Sequence record: MK903281.1
DNA from: Escherichia phage Penshu1
Direction: 5' to 3' (one strand)
DNA: 39,263 bases
Shown here: one piece after another, positions 36,332-39,263 of the stretch
Layout of the letters: each line of letters begins with the position of its first letter
Numbering within the stretch: position 1 is the stretch's first letter
Notes under the pieces: generated by a model
Database searches by the model: none
What the model was told of the DNA's origin: nothing
What the model saw: the letters and a program-made list of their open reading frames with translations, nothing else
Position numbers and translations under genes: made by a program

Positions 36332-36769
36332 ATGCTCGAATTTTTAAAGAGAGCGGCTCCGTGGTTACTTGCAGCAGTGATGTTTGCTGGTGGCTACCAC
36401 ACCGCTAACAATAAGTGGGAGGCTAAGGTCAATGCAGAATACACCTCGAATCTTAAGGCATCGGAAGATACAAGGCTTGCTGTCCAAGCTGAAGTCAACA
36501 AAGTGTCCAAGCGGTTTCAGGACGAAATGTCCTCGCTGGAAGGCAGCACTGATAGGATTATTGCTGACCTTAACCGCGATAACAAGCGGCTGCGCGTCAA
36601 AGTCAACACCTCAGGTCTCACCGAGCAAGCTATCAGTCGATGCTTCCCTAATGGTAGAGTCGAACTACACCCAGAAACTTCTAAAAGTCTTATCCGAATA
36701 GCTCAGGAGGCAGACCTTAAGGAGAAGGCGCTTCAGGACACAATAAGGAGGCTCCAAGGTGTTAAATGA
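36332..36769 (+). CDS. i-spanin, Rz-like (T7 gene 18.5 homologue), 145 aa
   Basis: Start moved to ATG 36332 (GAGGAGGG RBS); MLEFLKR..., N-terminal TM segment and GSTDRIIADLNRDNKRLRVKV match T7 gp18.5. Confidence 0.85.
   Translation: MLEFLKRAAPWLLAAVMFAGGYHTANNKWEAKVNAEYTSNLKASEDTRLAVQAEVNKVSKRFQDEMSSLEGSTDRIIADLNRDNKRLRVKVNTSGLTEQAISRCFPNGRVELHPETSKSLIRIAQEADLKEKALQDTIRRLQGVK
36432..36701 (+). CDS. o-spanin lipoprotein, Rz1-like (gene 18.7 position), embedded in the +1 frame of the i-spanin gene, 89 aa
   Basis: ATG 36432 with GGGAGG 9 nt upstream; basic N-region then hydrophobic AALIGLLLTLTAI and lipobox-like ITSGC; the first ATG of the track ORF (36384) has no RBS. Confidence 0.55.
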   Translation: MQNTPRILRHRKIQGLLSKLKSTKCPSGFRTKCPRWKAALIGLLLTLTAITSGCASKSTPQVSPSKLSVDASLMVESNYTQKLLKVLSE

Positions 36770-36804
36770 TTACTACAAAGTGGACCTAATGCTGGAGGGA
36801 CTAT

Positions 36805-38571
36805 ATGTCTAAGAAAACACCCGCTGAAAGACAGGCAGAAATGACCCAAAGGATGAGGGACGACTTCGTGTTCTTCATCTTCGTTCTCTGGAAAGCACTA
36901 AGTCTTCCGGTTCCAACCCGCTGCCAGATAGATATGTGCAAGAAGCTGGCTGCTGGGGATAATCGCCGCTTCATCCTTCAGGCGTTCCGTGGTATTGGCA
37001 AGTCGTTTTTGACATGTGGCTTTGTGGTCTGGAAGCTATGGAACAACCCAGACTTGAAGTTCATGATTGTGTCGGCCTCAAAGGAACGAGCCGATGCGAA
37101 CTCCATCTTCATTAAGCGAATCATCGACCTCATGCCTCAGCTTCAGGAACTCAAACCTAAGCAGGGACAACGAGATGCGGTTATCAGCTTTGACGTTGGG
37201 CCAGCCAAGCCAGACCACTCACCTTCGGTTAAGTCCGTTGGTATCACTGGTCAGTTGACTGGTAGTCGTGCGGACATCCTGATTGCCGATGACGTAGAGG
37301 TCCCCGGTAACTCATCGACTCAAGCTGCAAGGGACCGACTGTCAGAGCTTGTGAAAGAATTCGACGCTATCCTGAAGCCGGGAGGTACAATCATCTATCT
37401 AGGCACTCCTCAGAACGAGATGACCCTGTACCGTGAGTTGGAAGGTCGTGGGTATACCACTACTATCTGGCCAGCTCGTTATCCACGCGATAAGAAGGAC
37501 TGGCAGTCTTACGGCGACCGTCTGGCTCCTATGCTTCAGGCAGAGCTGGAAGAGGACCCTGAGTCCTTCTACTGGCGTCCGACTGATGAAGTACGCTTCG
37601 ATGATACGGACCTGAAGGAACGTGAGCTGTCCTACGGTAAAGCTGGATTCGCTCTACAGTTCATGCTTAACCCTAACCTGAGTGATGCTGAGAAGTACCC
37701 TCTGAAGCTCCGTGACCTTATCGTAGCCGACTTGGACCCAGAGTCCAGCCCAATGGTCTACCAATGGTTGCCGAACCCTCAGAACAAGCGTGAGGACGTT
37801 CCTAATGTTGGACTCATGGGTGATTCATACCACACGTATCAGACTGTAGGTTCTGCCTTTAGTTCGTACACCCAGAAGATTCTGGTCATAGACCCTAGTG
37901 GTCGTGGTAAGGATGAGACGGGCTATGCGGTACTGTATCAGCTCAACGGCTACATCTTCGTGATGGAAGCTGGTGGTATGCGTGGTGGTTATGAAGACTC
38001 TACGCTGGAAGCTCTGGCTAAGATTGGTCGTAAGTGGAAGGTTAACGAATACGTCATTGAGGGTAACTTCGGTGATGGCATGTACCTTGAGCTATTCAAG
38101 CCTGTAGCGGCCCGTATCCATCCTGCTGCTGTAACTGAAGTTAAGAGTAAGGGTCAGAAAGAACTCCGCATCTGTGACGTTCTGGAGCCTATCATGGGGT
38201 CTCACCGACTTATCGTTAACGCTGCTGCTATCGTCCAAGACTACCAGTCAGCCTCTGATAAGGATGGTGTTCGTAACCCTATCTACTCTCTCTTCTACCA
38301 GATGACCCGTATCTCTCGTGAACGTGGCGCCTTGGCACACGATGACCGACTTGATGCGCTGGCTATCGGTGTACAGTTCTTCGTTGAGTCTATGGCTAAG
38401 GATGCCAACAAAGGAGAACGTGAAGTCACTGAGGAGTGGCTGGAGGAACAGATGGAGAACCCACGGAAAGGCTTCGAGTCCATCCACACTGAGTTCTGGG
38501 ACAATGGGGTCCGGGTAACTCACGATACGGACGACGAGCTTGGACTAGGGTCCTACGTTACGTTCCACTAG
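36805..38571 (+). CDS. Terminase large subunit (T7 gene 19 homologue), 588 aa
   Basis: Collinear with T7 gp19; ATPase and nuclease segments ([38 protein letters not shown]). Confidence 0.95.
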   Translation: MSKKTPAERQAEMTQRMRDDFVFFIFVLWKALSLPVPTRCQIDMCKKLAAGDNRRFILQAFRGIGKSFLTCGFVVWKLWNNPDLKFMIVSASKERADANSIFIKRIIDLMPQLQELKPKQGQRDAVISFDVGPAKPDHSPSVKSVGITGQLTGSRADILIADDVEVPGNSSTQAARDRLSELVKEFDAILKPGGTIIYLGTPQNEMTLYRELEGRGYTTTIWPARYPRDKKDWQSYGDRLAPMLQAELEEDPESFYWRPTDEVRFDDTDLKERELSYGKAGFALQFMLNPNLSDAEKYPLKLRDLIVADLDPESSPMVYQWLPNPQNKREDVPNVGLMGDSYHTYQTVGSAFSSYTQKILVIDPSGRGKDETGYAVLYQLNGYIFVMEAGGMRGGYEDSTLEALAKIGRKWKVNEYVIEGNFGDGMYLELFKPVAARIHPAAVTEVKSKGQKELRICDVLEPIMGSHRLIVNAAAIVQDYQSASDKDGVRNPIYSLFYQMTRISRERGALAHDDRLDALAIGVQFFVESMAKDANKGEREVTEEWLEEQMENPRKGFESIHTEFWDNGVRVTHDTDDELGLGSYVTFH

Positions 38572-38666
38572 CTGAATGAATAACTATGGGCGAAAGCCGC
38601 ATGAATACGCGGTTAGTAACCTATAGTTACTACCAGACTAACCTACTGTTTTATAAGCAGTTTGGA

Positions 38667-38688
38667 CTTAACTATCACTATAGGGAAG
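38667..38688 (+). promoter_or_regulatory. Phage RNAP promoter near the right end (phiOR-like)
   Basis: CTTAACTATCACTATAGGGAAG, +1 G at 38683, downstream of the terminase gene. Confidence 0.7.
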
Positions 38689-38867
38689 ACCCCCGGTTAC
38701 TTATAGTATTACTGTAGTGAATATACATATGCAGACTTTATGCAAGACCTTAGGAGGCATACTCCGAGTTCTTACCTAAGGCTTGCACCGATGGAGGAGG
38801 GTGATATTAATCATAATCCCTCCAATACAGATAGTCACCGACCATAGATACAGGAGGTATGTAGCAT

Positions 38868-39026
38868 ATGGAAAAGACCAAAGCTGTACTTAAAGCTCTG
38901 GCGACCAATCGAGCTACATACAGGTTTCTTGCTGCTGTTCTACTTGCTGCTGGCGTTACTGCTGGAAGTCAGTGGGTCGGGTGGGTCGAGACTCTCGTAT
39001 GTTCTCTGGTCTCTCAGTGTAATTAA
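38868..39026 (+). CDS. Small hydrophobic protein, 52 aa (gene 19.5 position)
   Basis: ATG with AGGAGG about 10 nt upstream; MEKTKAVLKALATNRATYRFLAAVLLAAGVTAGSQWVGWVETLVCSLVSQCN. Confidence 0.4.
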   Translation: MEKTKAVLKALATNRATYRFLAAVLLAAGVTAGSQWVGWVETLVCSLVSQCN

Positions 39027-39185
39027 CGCAATCATGGTAACGATTCATGAGCGGAAGACCTAAGGTCAGTTCATAGCTAACGCTACTCTACTGACCTTAG
39101 CTACTGTAGTCAAGGACTTTAGGTAACACCTTAATAGAAGCTCACTTAGGGTCATCCTACTTATTGGTCTATCCTAGTGTCGCCT

Positions 39186-39226
39186 GACCTACGGTCCTTG
39201 ACCTACAGTGGCTGTGGCCTACAGTA
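39186..39226. repeat. Right-end CCTAC(A/G)GT short direct repeats (three copies)
   Basis: CCTACGGT at 39188, CCTACAGT at 39202 and 39217; same motif as the left-end array, as expected for repeats flanking T7-like terminal repeats. Confidence 0.6.
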
Positions 39227-39263
39227 GTGACGATGAGTTTTGGACCAAAAGTTTGAGACCACA

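Noticed and set aside
36384-36431. First ATG of the embedded +1 frame ORF as the o-spanin start
   Set aside because: No ribosome-binding site; it would add a further 16-residue N-terminal extension. ATG 36432 with GGGAGG upstream is the more plausible start.

Overview
This window is a near-complete linear genome of a T7-like virulent podophage (Autographiviridae, T7/T3 group), read from the exact left genome end (TCTCACAG, as in T7). All supported genes are on the + strand and colinear with T7: early region (about 0.7-2.7 kb), single-subunit RNA polymerase, DNA-metabolism genes (ligase, SSB, endonuclease I, amidase/lysozyme, primase-helicase, DNA polymerase, exonuclease), then portal, scaffold, capsid, tail tubular proteins, internal virion proteins, tail fibre, holin, spanins and terminase. 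Regulatory layers read by eye: one strong and one weak sigma70-type early promoter, ten copies of a phage-RNAP promoter (C)T(A/T)AACTATCACTATAGG(G)A, two families of RNase III-like hairpins, an early terminator after the ligase gene, and a T-phi-like terminator after the capsid gene. The accessory content is the interesting part: the early region has no Ocr-like gene and instead carries uncharacterised ORFs (a transposase-type HTH protein, a kinase-domain-only gp0.7-like protein, small membrane peptides); there are three HNH/Endo VII-type endonuclease genes plus one decayed remnant; an ASCH/DUF3850-like ORF sits between the tail tubular genes; gp16 has a replaced N-terminal domain; and the tail fibre carries an SGNH (GDSL) esterase domain. 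No tRNA, rRNA, CRISPR array or integrase was seen. All similarity statements come from reading the translations against remembered T7 proteins and motifs; no database search was run.
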